A stretch of 64,000 nt of DNA from Nemertoderma westbladi (GCA_032718475.1 JAUCBJ010001606.1:35436-99435), one strand, 5' to 3'. Shown: positions 20,558-34,292, counted from the first letter of the stretch. The notes: generated from the letters alone by a model not told the origin. Translations and numbers: made by a program.

Positions 20558-23500
20558 ATGTAATTCAGAACCGTAATATGTAATTCAGAAATTGTAATAT
20601 GTAATTCAGAAAGTGTAATATGTAATTCAGAACCGTAATATGTAATTCAGAAAGTGTAATATGTAATTCAGAAAGCGTAATCTGTAATTCAGAAAGTGTA
20701 ATATGTAATTCAGAAAGTGTAATATGTAATTCAGAACCGTAATATGTAATTCAGAAAGTGTAATATGTAATTCAGAACCGTAACATGTAATTCAGAAAGT
20801 GTAATATGTAATTCAGAAAGTGTAATATGTAATTCAGAAAGTATAATATGTAATTAATTCAGAACCGTAATATGTAATTCAGAAAGTGTAATATGTAATT
20901 CAGAACCGTAACATGTAATTCAGAAAGTGTAATATGTAATTCAGAACCGTAATATGTAATTCAGAAAGCGTAATCTGTAATTCAGAAAGTGTAATATGTA
21001 ATTCAGAACCGTAATATGTAATTCAGAAAGTGTAATATGTAATTCAGAACCGTAATATGTAATTCAGAAAGTGTAATATGTAATTCAGAACCGTAATATG
21101 TAATTCAGAAAGTGTAATATGTAATTCAGAAAGTGTAATATGTAATTCAGAAAGTGTAATATGTAATTCAGAACCGTAATATGTAATTCAGAAAGTGTAA
21201 TATGTAATTCAGAACCGTAACATGTAATTCAGAAAGTGTAATATGTAATTCAGAAAGTGTAATATGTAATTCAGAAAGCGTAATCTGTAATTCAGAAAGT
21301 GTAATATGTAATTCAGAAAGTGTAATATGTAATTCAGAACCGTAATATGTAATTCAGAAAGTGTAATATGTAATTCAGAACCGTAACATGTAATTCAGAA
21401 AGTGTAATATGTAATTCAGAAAGTGTAATATGTAATTCAGAACCGTAATATGTAATTCAGAAAGTGTAATATGTAATTCAGAACCGTAACATGTAATTCA
21501 GAAAGTGTAATATGTAATTCAGAACCGTAATATGTAATTCAGAAAGTGTAATATGTAATTCAGAAAGCGTAATCTGTAATTCAGAAAGTGTAATATGTAA
21601 TTCAGAAAGTGTAATATGTAATTCAGAACCGTAATATGTAATTCAGAAAGTGTAATATGTAATTCAGAACCGTAACATGTAATTCAGAAAGTGTAATATG
21701 TAATTCAGAACCGTAATATGTAATTCAGAAAGTGTAATATGTAATTCAGAAAGCGTAATCTGTAATTCAGAAAGTGTAATATGTAATACAGAAAGTGTAA
21801 TATGTAATTCAGAACCGTAATATGTAATTCAGAAAGTGTAATATGTAATTCAGAACCGTAACATGTAATTCAGAAAGTGTAATATGTAATTCAGAACCGT
21901 AATATGTAATTCAGAAAGTGTAATATGTAATTCAGAACCGTAATATGTAATTCAGAAAGTGTAATATGTAATTCAGAAAGTGTAATATGTAATTCAGAAC
22001 CGTAATATGTAATTCAGAAAGTGTAATATGTAATTCAGAACCGTAACATGTAATTCAGAAAGTTAATATGTAATTCAGAAAGTGTAATATGTAATTCAGA
22101 AAGCGTAATCTGTAATTCAGAAAGTGTAATATGTAATTCAGAAAGTGTAATATGTAATTCAGAACCGTAATATGTAATTCAGAAAGTGTAATATGTAATT
22201 CAGAACCGTAACATGTAATTCAGAAAGTGTCATATGTAATTCAGAACCGTAATATGTAATTCAGAAAGCGTAATCTGTAATTCAGAAAGTGTAATATGTA
22301 ATTCAGAACCGTAATATGTAATTCAGAACCGTAATATGTAATTCAGAAAGTGTAATATGTAATTCAGAAAGTGTAATATGTAATTCTGAAAGCGTAATCT
22401 GTAATTCAGAAAGTGTAATATGTAATTCAGAAAGTGTAATATGTAATTCAGAACCGTAATATGTAATTCAGAAAGTGTAATATGTAATTCAGAACCGTAA
22501 CATGTAATTCAGAACCGTAATATGTAATTCAGAAAGCGTAATCTGTAATTCAGAAAGTGTAATATGTAATTCAGAAAGTGTAATATGTAATTCAGAAAGT
22601 GTAATATGTAATTCAGAAAGCGTAATCTGTAATTCAGAAAGTGTAATATGTAATTCAGAAAGTGTAATATGTAATTCAGAACCGTAACATGTAATTCAGA
22701 AAGTGTAATATGTAATTCAGAAAGTGTAATATGTAATTCAGAAAGCGTAATCTGTAATTCAGAAAGTGTAATATGTAATTCAGAAAGCGTAATCTGTAAT
22801 TCAGAAAGTGTAATATGTAATTCAGAACCGTAATATGTAATTCAGAAAGTGTAATATGTAATTCAGAACCGTAATATGTAATTCAGAAAGTGTAATATGT
22901 AATTCAGAACCGTAACATGTAATTCAGAACCGTAATATGTAATTCAGAACCGTAACATGTAATTCAGAAAGTGTAATATGTAATTCAGAAAGTGTAATAT
23001 GTAATTCAGAACCGTAATATGTAATTCAGAAAGTGTAATATGTAATTCAGAACCGTAATATGTAATTCAGAAAGTGTAATATGTAATTCAGAACCGTAAT
23101 ATGTAATTCAGAAAGTGTAATATGTAATTCAGAACCGTAACATGTAATTCAGAACCGTAATATGTAATTCAGAACCGTAACATGTAATTCAGAACCGTAA
23201 TATGTAATTCAGAACCGTAACATGTAATTCAGAAAGTGTAATATGTAATTCAGAAAGTGTAATATGTAATTCAGAACCGTAATATGTAATTCAGAAAGTG
23301 TAATATGTAATTCAGAAAGTGTAATATGTAATTCAGAACCGTAATATGTAATTCAGAAAGTGTAATATGTAATTCAGAACCGTAATATGTAATTCAGAAA
23401 GTGTAATATGTAATTCAGAACCGTAATATGTAATTCAGAAAGTGTAATATGTAATTCAGAACCGTAACATGTAATTCAGAACCGTAATATGTAATTCAGA

Positions 23501-26500
23501 ACCGTAACATGTAATTCAGAAAGTGTAATATGTAATTCAGAAAGTGTAATATGTAATTCAGAACCGTAATATGTAATTCAGAAAGTGTAATATGTAATTC
23601 AGAACCGTAACATGTAATTCAGAAAGTGTAATATGTAATTCAGAAAGTGTAATATGTAATTCAGAAAGTGTAATATGTAATTCAGAAAGTGTAATATGTA
23701 ATTCAGAACCGTAATATGTAATTCAGAAAGTGTAATATGTAATTCAGAACCGTAATATGTAATTCAGAAAGTGTAATATGTAATTCAGAACCGTAATATG
23801 TAATTCAGAAAGTGTAATATGTAATTCAGAACCGTAACATGTAATTCAGAACCGTAATATGTAATTCAGAACCGTAACATGTAATTCAGAAAGTGTAATA
23901 TGTAATTCAGAAAGTGTAATATGTAATTCAGAACCGTAATATGTAATTCAGAAAGTGTAATATGTAATTCAGAACCGTAACATGTAATTCAGAAAGTGTA
24001 ATATGTAATTCAGAAAGTGTAATATGTAATTCAGAAAGCGTAATCTGTAATTCAGAAAGTGTAATATGTAATTCAGAAAGTGTAATATGTAATTCAGAAC
24101 TGTAATATGTAATTCAGAAAGTGTAATATGTAATTAAAGCGTAATATGTAATTCAGAAAGTGTAATATGTAATTCAGAACCGTAATATGTAATTCAGAAA
24201 GTGTAATATGTAATTCAGAACCGTAATATGTAATTCAGAAAGTGTAATATGTAATTCAGAACCGTAACATGTAATTCAGAAAGTGTAATATGTAATTCAG
24301 AACCGTAATATGTAATTCAGAAAGTGTAATATGTAATTCAGAAAGCGTAATCTGTAATTCAGAAAGTGTAATATGTAATTCAGAAAGTGTAATATGTAAT
24401 TCAGAACCGTAATATGTAATTCAGAAAGTGTAATATGTAATTCAGAACCGTAACATGTAATTCAGAAAGTGTAATATGTAATTCAGAACCGTAATATGTA
24501 ATTCAGAAAGCGTAATCTGTAATTCAGAAAGTGTAATATGTAATTCAGAACCGTAATATGTAATTCAGAACCGTAATATGTAATTCAGAAAGTGTAATAT
24601 GTAATTCAGAAAGTGTAATATGTAATTCAGAAAGCGTAATCTGTAATTCAGAAAGTGTAATATAAAATTCAGAAAGTGTAATATGTAATTCAGAACCGTA
24701 ATATGTAATTCAGAAAGTGTAATATGTAATTCAGAAAGCGTAATATGTAATTCAGAAAGTGTAATATGTAATTCAGAACCGTAACATGAATTCAGAAAGT
24801 GTAATATGTAATTCAGGACCGTAACATGTAATTCAGAAAGTGTAATATGTAATTCAGAAAGCGTAATCTGTAATTCAGAAAGTGTAATATGTAATTCAGA
24901 ACCGTAATATGTAATTCAGAAAGTGTAATATGTAATTCAGAAAGCGTAATATGTAATTCAGAAAGTGTAATATGTAATTCAGAACCGTAATATGTAATTC
25001 AGAAAGTGTAATATGTAATTCAGAACCGTAACATGTAATTCAGAAAGTGTAATATGTAATTCAGAACCGTAACATGTAATTCAGAAAGTGTAATATGTAA
25101 TTCAGAACCGTAATATGTAAATCAGAAAGCGTAATATGTAATTCAGAACCGTAATATGTAATTCAGAAAGTGTAATATCTAATTCAGAACCGTAACATGT
25201 AATTCAGAAAGTGTAATATGTAATTTAGAACCGTAATATGTAAATCAGAAAGCGTAATATTTAATTCAGAACCGTAATATGTAATTCAGAAAGTGTAATA
25301 TGTAATTCAGAAACCGTAATATGTAATTCAGAACCGTAATATGTAATTCAGAAAGTGTAATATGTAATTCAGAACCGTAATATGTAAATCAGAAAGCGTA
25401 ATAAGTAATTCAGAAAGCGTAATATGTAATTCAGAACCGTAATATGTAATTCAGAAAGTGTAATATGTAATTCAGAACCGTAATATGTATTTCAGAAATT
25501 GTAATATGTAATTCAGAACCGTAATATGTAAATCAGAAAGCGTAATATGTAATTCAGAACCGTAATATGTAATTCAGAAAGTGTAATATGTAATTCAGAA
25601 CCGTGACATGTAATTCAGAAAGTGTAATATGTAATTCAGAAAGTGTAATATGTAATTCAGAAAGCGTAATCTGTAATTCAGAAAGTGTAATATGTAATTC
25701 AGAAAGTGTAATATGTAATTCAGAACCGTAATATGTAATTCAGAAAGTGTAATATGTAATTCAGAACCGTAACATGTAATTCAGAAAGTGTAATATGTAA
25801 TTCAGAACCGTAATATGTAATTCAGAAAGTGTAATATGTAATTCAGAACCGTAACATGTAATTCAGAAAGTGTAATATGTAATTCAGAACCGTAATATGT
25901 AATTCAGAAAGTGTAATATGTAATTCAGAAAGCGTAATCTGTAATTCAGAAAGTGTAATATGTAATTCAGAAAGCGTAATCTGTAATTCAGAAAGTGTAA
26001 TATGTAATTCAGAAAGTGTAATATGTAATTCAGAACCGTAATATGTAATTCAGAAAGTGTAATATGTAATTCAGAACCGTAACATGTAATTCAGAAAGTG
26101 TAATATGTAATTCAGAACCGTAATATGTAATTCAGAAAGCGTAATCTGTAATTCAGAAAGTGTAATATGTAATTCAGAACCGTAATATGTAATTCAGAAC
26201 CGTAATATGTAATTCAGAAAGTGTAATATGTAATTCAGAAAGTGTAATATGTAATTCAGAAAGCGTAATCTGTAATTCAGAAAGTGTAATATGTAATTCA
26301 GAAAGTGTAATATGTAATTCAGAACCGTAATATGTAATTCAGAAAGTGTAATATGTAATTCAGAAAGCGTAATATGTAATTCAGAAAGTGTAATATGTAA
26401 TTCAGAACCGTAATATGTAATTCAGAAAGTGTAATATGTAATTCAGAACCGTAATATGTAATTCAGAAAGTGTAATATGTAATTCAGAACCGTAACATGT

Positions 26501-28878
26501 AATTCAGAAAGTGTAATATGTAATTCAGAACCGTAATATGTAATTCAGAAAGCGTAATCTGTAATTCAGAAAGTGTAATATGTAATTCAGAAAGTGTAAT
26601 ATGTAATTCAGAACCGTAATATGTAATTCAGAAAGCGTAATCTGTAATTCAGAAAGTGTAATATGTAATTCAGAACCGTAATATGTAATTCAGAACCGTA
26701 ATATGTAATTCAGAAAGTGTAATATGTAATTCAGAAAGTGTAATATGTAATTCAGAAAGCGTAATCTGTAATTCAGAAAGTGTAATATATAATTCAGAAA
26801 GTGTAATATGTAATTCAGAACCGTAATATGTAATTCAGAAAGTGTAATATGTAATTCAGAAAGCGTAATATGTAATTCAGAAAGTGTAATATGTAATTCA
26901 GAACCGTAATATGTAATTCAGAAAGTGTAATATGTAATTCAGAACCGTAACATGAATTCAGAAAGTGTAATATGTAATTCAGGACCGTAACATGTAATTC
27001 AGAAAGTGTAATATGTAATTCAGAAAGCGTAATCTGTAATTCAGAAAGTGTAATATGTAATTCAGAACCGTAATATGTAATTCAGAAAGTGTAATATGTA
27101 ATTCAGAAAGCGTAATATGTAATTCAGAAAGTGTAATATGTAATTCAGAACCGTAATATGTAATTCAGAAAGTGTAATATGTAATTCAGAACCGTAACAT
27201 GTAATTCAGAAAGTGTAATATGTAATTCAGAACCGTAACATGTAATTCAGAAAGTGTAATATGTAATTCAGAACCGTAATATGTAATTCAGAACCGTAAT
27301 ATGTAATTCAGAAAGTGTAATATCTAATTCAGAACCGTAACATGTAATTCAGAAAGTGTAATATGTAATTCAGAACCGTAATATGTAAATCAGAAAGCGT
27401 AATATGTAATTCAGAACCGTAATATGTAATTCAGAAAGTGTAATATGTAATTCAGAAACCGTAATATGTAATTCAGAACCGTAATATGTAATTCAGAAAG
27501 TGTAATATGTAATTCAGAACCGTAATATGTAAATCAGAAAGCGTAATAAGTAATTCAGAAAGCGTAATATGTAATTCAGAACCGTAATATGTAATTCAGA
27601 AAGTGTAATATGTAATTCAGAACCGTAATATGTATTTCAGAAATTGTAATATGTAATTCAGAACCGTAATATGTAAATCAGAAAGCGTAACATGTAATTC
27701 AGAACCGTAATATGTAATTCAGAAAGTGTAATATGTAATTCAGAAACCGTAATATGTAATTCAGAACCGTAATATGTAATTCAGAAAGTGTAATATGTAA
27801 TTCAGAACCGAAATATGTAAATCAGAAAGCGTAATATGTAATTCAGAAAGCGTAATATGTAATTCAGAACCGTAACATGTAATTCAGAAAGTGTAATATG
27901 TAATTCAGAACCGTAATATGTAAATCAGAAAGCGAAATATGAAATTCAGAACCGTAATATGTAATTCAGAAAGTGTAATATTTAATTCAGAAACCGTAAT
28001 ATGTAATTCAGAATCGTAATATGTAAATCAGAAAGCGTAATATGTAATTCAGAACCGTAATATGTAATTCAGAAAGTGTAATATGTAATTCAGAACCGTA
28101 ATATGTAGTTCAGAAAGTGTAATATGTAATTCAGAACCGTAATATGTAAATCAGGAAGCGTAATATGTAATTCAGAAATCGTAATATGTAATTCAGAACC
28201 GTAATATGTAATTCAGAAAGTGTAATATGTAATTTAGAACCGTAATATGTAAATCAGAAAGCGTAATATGTAATTCAGAACCGTAATATGTAATTCAGAA
28301 AGTGCAATATGTAATTCAGAACCGTAATATGTAAATCAGAAAGCGTAATATGTAATTCAGAACCGTAATATATAAATCAGAAAGCGTAATATGTAATTCA
28401 GAACCGTAATATGTAAATCAGAAAGCGTAATATGTAATTCAGAAAGCGTAATATGTAATTCAGAACCGTAATATGTAAATCAGAAAGCGTCATATGTAAT
28501 TCAGAAAGAGTAATATGTAATTCAGAACCGTAATATGTAATTCAGAAAGTGTAATATGTAATTCAGAACCGTAATATGTAAATCAGAAAGCGTAATATGT
28601 AATTCAGAACCGTAATATGTAATTCAGAAAGTGTAATATGTAATTCAGAACCGTAATATGTAAATCAGAAAGCGTCATATGTAATTCAGAAAGAGTAATA
28701 TGTAATTCAGAACCGTAATATGTAATTCAGAAAGTGTAATATGTAATTCAGAACCGTAATATGTAAATCAGAAAGCGTAATATGTAATTCAGAACCGTAA
28801 TATGTAAATCAGAAAGCGTCATATGTAATTCAGAAAGAGTAATATTTAATTCAGAAACCGTAATATGTAATTCAGAAA
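20558..28878. repeat. Tandem satellite/minisatellite array, about 400 units of 20-21 bp
   Basis: Units atgtaattcagaaagtgtaat (21 bp) and atgtaattcagaaccgtaat (20 bp), with recurrent variants aaagcgtaatct, ccgtaac and gtaaatcag. Confidence 0.98.
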
Positions 28879-29840
28879 CTTATATAGGAATCATGTCGTT
28901 ATCTCTTGGTATCTTTGGGAAACCAAATGTTCCAGAAGCTTTCTGCTACTTTTTTGTGTTAATATTAATAGAATTGGTAGTTACTTGGCAACCTGTTAAT
29001 TCTAAAGGAATGTTAGTGCATTGCGTTTGATTAATCATAAATGCCTATTAATATTTATAAATCACGTTGTTTGTTGGTTCTTAGTGGAATTTAATAAGTA
29101 ATTAATAACTGGCCCATGTGGATGGATTATTTTAATTATCTTTCCAACGATAACACATTTTACCAAGGAAAATTAATATTTAATTCCAGTACAATGAATT
29201 GTACTAAGTATGTTCCAAAAATCCTTATGCAATCACTCATTTTTTGCGATGACAAATATTTAAGACCATGAAATGAACTTTGATTTGTTGCATTGAATAA
29301 ATTTCTAAGTAAGAAATTCCGTTGACTCCGAATATTTATTATCTACTTATTTTAATACACTACATTATATATTGGCATGACCATAGATGAGGCCCTTAAA
29401 TAAATACATAAAATTGTGCAATAAATAGCAAAATGTAATGTTTGATTTAAAACACCACGCCGAGTATTATATATTGTAGCCTTGGCCTATATTTTATATT
29501 AATTATATTGGGTTACTTCGAGTGTTACTTCTAATCTCACGTGCGGTTGCAGCCCCCCCCCCCCCCCCCCCCCCCAATATGTATTAAATGTATTAAAATG
29601 TTAAATATCAAATTTGAAATTACTGGATTTTTCATAAAACATCTTAATCTGACGAAAAATTTGTGTTCTAGAACAATGCTATCATAGATACGTAAACATT
29701 ATTTTTTAATAATTATTAACTAATTAATTTATTTGGTAATTATTTGTTGAAATTAGTGTTGTTGAAGTTAATGTTCTACATAGAACATGTATTTTGTTGA
29801 AAAAACACAATTTTTCATTGGAAAACATTTAGAAGATGTT

Positions 29841-31160
29841 TTAGTGGGGTCGCTTAAGGTGAAAATCGTTAATTGCCGGACAAAAGCATGAAAATGTGAC
29901 TATATATGTAAAAAAATGTGTAGATTAATCTGAGCCTGTGTACCAAAAAAATTGACTACTTCCCTAGCAACAGAGTGACTTTTACATAGCAACCGGGTAA
30001 AATTGGTCATTTCTGTTATTGAAACTCACCATATACAAAAATTACGATTATATAACTGGGTTAGTTTATAATATAAGTCTGTACACGTTTCCATAGCAAC
30101 AAGGAGACCTTTACCTAGCAACCGCTCTATATTTAATGGAATTATGATTGAAACTTGGGATAATCAATCTGACTAGCAATAGAAGATGGTTAGTAATGAC
30201 ATAGGCGCTGATACACGTTTCCTTAGTAACAGGGTGACCTTTCCCTAGCAACCGCTGTATATTTAATGAAATTATGATTGAAACTTGGGATAATCAACCT
30301 GTCTAGCAATAGAAGATTGTTAGTAATAACATTGGCGCTGATACACGTGTCCATAGCAACAAGGTGACCTTTCCCTAGGAACTGCCTGAAATTTAGTGTA
30401 ATTAATATTGAAACTGGAGATAAACAGCATTTATAGCAATATAAGATGGTTAGTAGTTATATTGGAGCTGTGATGCACGTTTCCATAGAAACAAAAGGTG
30501 ATATCTATATTTAAAAAATATTGCACTTTTGGCTTTATGAGGATAATGTGTTTATACATCAAATACACAGCCACAAGGCTGTAAATTTAAATTATTTAGT
30601 ATTATAGTTATACCAATTCTTTTAATTATACGAATCATATGTGATCAATAACAAGAGCAAGTGCAAGTGCATAATTCTGTGCATTTAAACCCAGCCTTCC
30701 CACACTTGCAGTTTGTGCAATTGCGCTTTTTGCATGCACATTTAATGAGTTCGTGGCACATCGTTGCAGCGTCTGGCAGTGAGCTCCAGACGGGATTCCA
30801 TTGAGTATTAAATACCCAACCGAAATCTGCTGGTGAAGGGAGTATCGGTTTGTCCTGTGTGCAGACTGCCCAAACGCTGGCTTGATATGTAGCCCGCATC
30901 ACATGTTGGTAAAGGGCGTGTTGAGTTGGTGGCAAGCGATCAATCACGCAGTTGCGTTTGGTGAATAGATCCCGTCTTGTATTATTTATACTCGTTCTGT
31001 TTGATTTTTTGTCATACATAAGTATGACAAAATTTTTCCAACGCTTTGAATTCTACACTTTCGATTCCATTTGGGAAGGGATTAAATGGCTGATCGTATA
31101 CTGCCTTGAAACTATACTGCCTTCACACTGTCGTATCCTAACCCTCAGGTACTGACCCAT
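29841..31160 (-). mobile_element. Academ-like DNA transposon remnant (Cys-rich C-terminus plus subterminal repeats)
   Basis: ORF 30645-31019 LPPTQHALYQHVMRATYQASVW..P.PADFGW..ELIKCACKKRNCTNCKCGKAGFKCTELCTC resembles the Cys8 C-terminus of Academ proteins. The segment begins TAG. Superfamily assignment is from recalled knowledge. Confidence 0.6.
30080..30500. repeat. About 3.5 tandem copies of a ~120-bp unit
   Basis: Recurrent acacgtttccatagcaac..gtgacctttccctagcaaccgct..attgaaacttgggataatcaa..tagcaatagaagat. Confidence 0.85.
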
Positions 31161-31464
31161 TACAAATTAGTGTTGTTGAAGTTAATGTTCTACATAGAAC
31201 ATGTATTTTGTTGAAAAAAACACAATTTTTCATTGGAAAACATTTAGAAGATGTTTATGGAACATTTACACATGAAATAATTCAGTAAAACCACTATTAA
31301 GAAAATATTTAAAAAGTGGGGGAGGGGGGGTGGGGGGGGGGGGGGGGGGGGAAACTGCAAAAGTACCCTTAAGTACAGTAAATAAAAAAAATGCAGTTTG
31401 CCCTCTACCGGTAATGTTGTGGCTGGTACTACTGTGGTGTGTTTTGTGCATACCTCCCCTCCAA

Positions 31465-31820
31465 TATTTTTATACTAGCTAGTTTTTGTTACATTTAAAA
31501 AAAAAATGTTCTAGAACATATAATCTATTCATTTAATATAAAACTTTTGTTCTAGAACAAATATTTTTTGTTCTAGAACAAAAATTTTTTGTTCTAGATC
31601 AAATATTTTTTGTTCTAGAACAAATATTTTGTGTTCTTGAACAAAAAATAGAAAAAAACTAGCTAATTTGTTTATCTTTTTCATTTTTATTGTATGTTGT
31701 CTTTGTATAGATTTTTTAAACTAGCTAGTTTTTGTTTCCTTTTTTAAAAAAGAATGTCCTAGAGCATATTATCTATTCATTTAATATACAAATTTTGTTC
31801 GAGAACAAATATTATTTGTT
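31465..31820. repeat. ttgttctagaacaa palindromic-repeat MITE arm (family also at about 33060-33300 and 41166-41645)
   Basis: Starts tttttatactagctagtttt like the 41.17 kb element and has multiple ttctagaac repeats. Confidence 0.55.
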
Positions 31821-32050
31821 CTCAGTTGGTTGAGCGCCGGGCCTGCAATCTATTGGTTGTAGGTTCAGCCCCGCCAGGGTCCACTCAGCCTTTCATCCAC
31901 TGGGGTCGATAAAATGAGAACCAGTTAAATAACTGGGAGTAAATCTTGGGATCGGAGTAGCGCCCACCCCTACCTTCGGGTAGCAGCTATCGAAAGATTC
32001 GGGTCGCCTCCGGCTTCGGCCGACTGTTTGCTTTTTGATTTTGTTTTTGC
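31821..32050 (+). mobile_element. tRNA-derived SINE with conserved central domain
   Basis: Head ctcagttggttgagcgccgggcctgcaa..gtaggttcagccc (A and B boxes), then ccagggtccactcagcctttcatcc..ggtcgataaaatgag.accag and a T-rich repeat tail. Confidence 0.75.
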
Positions 32051-33342
32051 TTATAGCGCTGCGATTTTATGCTACGGGTTCATTTTTAAATGTTGTTGGA
32101 GATACCAATGCTGTTGTGAAATCCAGTGTTAGTAAAACTATTTATCGTGTGACGAATGTTTTAATTAAAGGAGGTAGGAGAATTAATAGGAGGAGGTATT
32201 AAATTGTGAAAGAGTTAAAATTGAAAATGTATTTATTTCAGAAATTACGTTCAATATAAAACATAGTAATAATGAAATTGACAAAACACAAACAAAAGTC
32301 TCAATCACAATTTTAGTTCAATTCAAATCATAATACCGGTATTACTATTTTATGCAATTAATATGAGGATATTTCTGTAAATATTTACTATTAAAAGTTA
32401 ATTTTATATAACAACAATTAATACAATACGAAATTGTCGGAAAAATGTCTACAAAATTTGCTTACATTTCCGGACTCACATCTCTAATCTTGATACATTT
32501 TTAATATACAATAAATACTTTGATGTTATTTAATTGCATATTATTAACAAAATACTTAGTTTATTTATAATTTAACAAAGTAATCGGATGAAGAATATTT
32601 TGAGCCAGGTTGTTGTCAACAAATATTACCTCGGCATTCTCGCCAATTGATTTCTCGCCTTCGATTCTGTAGTTATGTTTTTCGTTTTATTAAAAGAACC
32701 ACTAACGAGACCTTCTACTTCTCGTACACAGTTACGAGCTGACAGGCGTCATGCACTGCAGCACTGTCACAAGTTTTCGACCTTTTTCGCCTCTTCTGCT
32801 TTGACTCAGCAATATTAGGCCTAATAGTACAAACCGGTATCCGTATTGTTAAAATAAATATTTCTGTCTGCATCCATCTCCCATCTCACAGGCAGCAAGA
32901 ATATACAAGTTCACTGTGACTGTTAGCTACCGGTAACTACTGTACTAAACTTTAAGTTTTGGATAAATTCCACCTTAAATTATTAAAGTGGCCACTTAGG
33001 ATAAGTGAGCACTTAGTTTGAGAAACCGGGAAAATATCAAATTGGTGAATGTTCTAGCACAGTAGTAGATATTTTATTTATGGTAGCTAGTATTTATTAC
33101 TAGCTAGTATTTTTTGAAAAATTTAGATAGATAAAAAATGTTTTTTGTTATTTGTAATCTAGAACATTAGTAAAAAAAAATGAAAAAATTAATGTTCTAG
33201 AACAAAAAATATTTGTTCTAGAACATTAATTTTTTAAAAGAATAGCTAAATTATTCTAGAATACAGTGAAAAAAACAGGAAGAAACTATCTACCATGCAC
33301 GTTTTAACAAAATGTTAATACAAACGGAACCGTTACCGTTTC

Positions 33343-33632
33343 AGCAATGTATAAATTTATGTAAAACCATGACTCGCAAGGATGTCATCATATCATATTT
33401 GTTACATTTTTGTACTTACGCTATTAGCTCTATGCTACTTACAAATAAAAGTTAAGTTTGGGTTTCTTTCTTTCTTTACATATTTCTAGAATACTATTTG
33501 TTTGTGCTCGCAGCAACAATACTTATTTTATTACTAAGTATTCGAATTTGGTACTGGATACACGTACAACATTTTCTGGAAAATATTGTCATAATTCAAT
33601 GAACTGTAACACACAACCACCAAAATGTGATT
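33343..33632. repeat. Right half of the duplicated spacer segment (homologous to 43598-43862 and partly 60318-60415)
   Basis: caatgtataaatttatgtaaaaccatgactcgcaaggatg..taagtttgggtttctt..cgcagcaaca..aactgtaacacacaaccacc. Confidence 0.85.
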
Positions 33633-34292
33633 TCATGAAATTTGAAACAGAGATCGTTTCACCTCCCTTTTCTTTCTAATTTTTTTTTATTTTTACTAGA
33701 AAGGCATTTCCTAAAGGAAATGGGTTTAATTAAATCGAATGGAATCGAATACGTCGGGGGTGTGGATTTGGCAAATTTACTAAGTTCTTACTAAGTTTGG
33801 AGAAGACTAGCTTATCGATACTACAATGTGCATTTTAGGCTGCAGAAGTTTTAATAACAATAAGTAATTGGTACTTTACTCTGTGCTTATAAAATGCTTA
33901 TTGCCTCGAGTCTAAACGTTTGCCGCCGATTCTATTGCAACAACTAATCTGTCCAGGGCAAAGATTTTGGGCCAATTTCATAATTAAACCCTAACCCTGA
34001 TGGTTTAAACCCTAATCTACTCTCCCTAATTAAACCCTAATCTAACCAAACACTAAGTTGCGGTTCAGTCAGCTGCAGAGAACTCATGTTTACCACTGTA
34101 TTTTGTACAGTCATTCTAGGAGGAGGTAGCTTATTATTTTTCACACGAAGCCACCTTAATTTACTTCCATATCCAGCTACACCACATGAAAACATATTAT
34201 CATAATATATGGAAACAAATTAGTCTTCAAATGAAAAAATAAAATGTTTTAGGTACCTGAATTTTATTTATGAGATTAACTGTATTATAAAC

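Noticed and set aside
20558-28878. CRISPR-like appearance of the regular short repeat
   Set aside because: No unique spacers, no cas genes and a eukaryotic context; it is a head-to-tail satellite.
30645-31019. Host tesmin/CXC-domain gene
   Set aside because: Truncated, present twice as a fragment with subterminal repeats, and preceded by the LPPT..AL.QH..RA.YQ motif of transposon proteins.
31821-31880. Possible tRNA gene
   Set aside because: No complete acceptor stem or Pol III terminator, and it continues into a SINE body.
33985-34055. Telomere-like ccctaa repeats
   Set aside because: Only a few degenerate, interspersed units; more likely part of a small repeat than an interstitial telomere.
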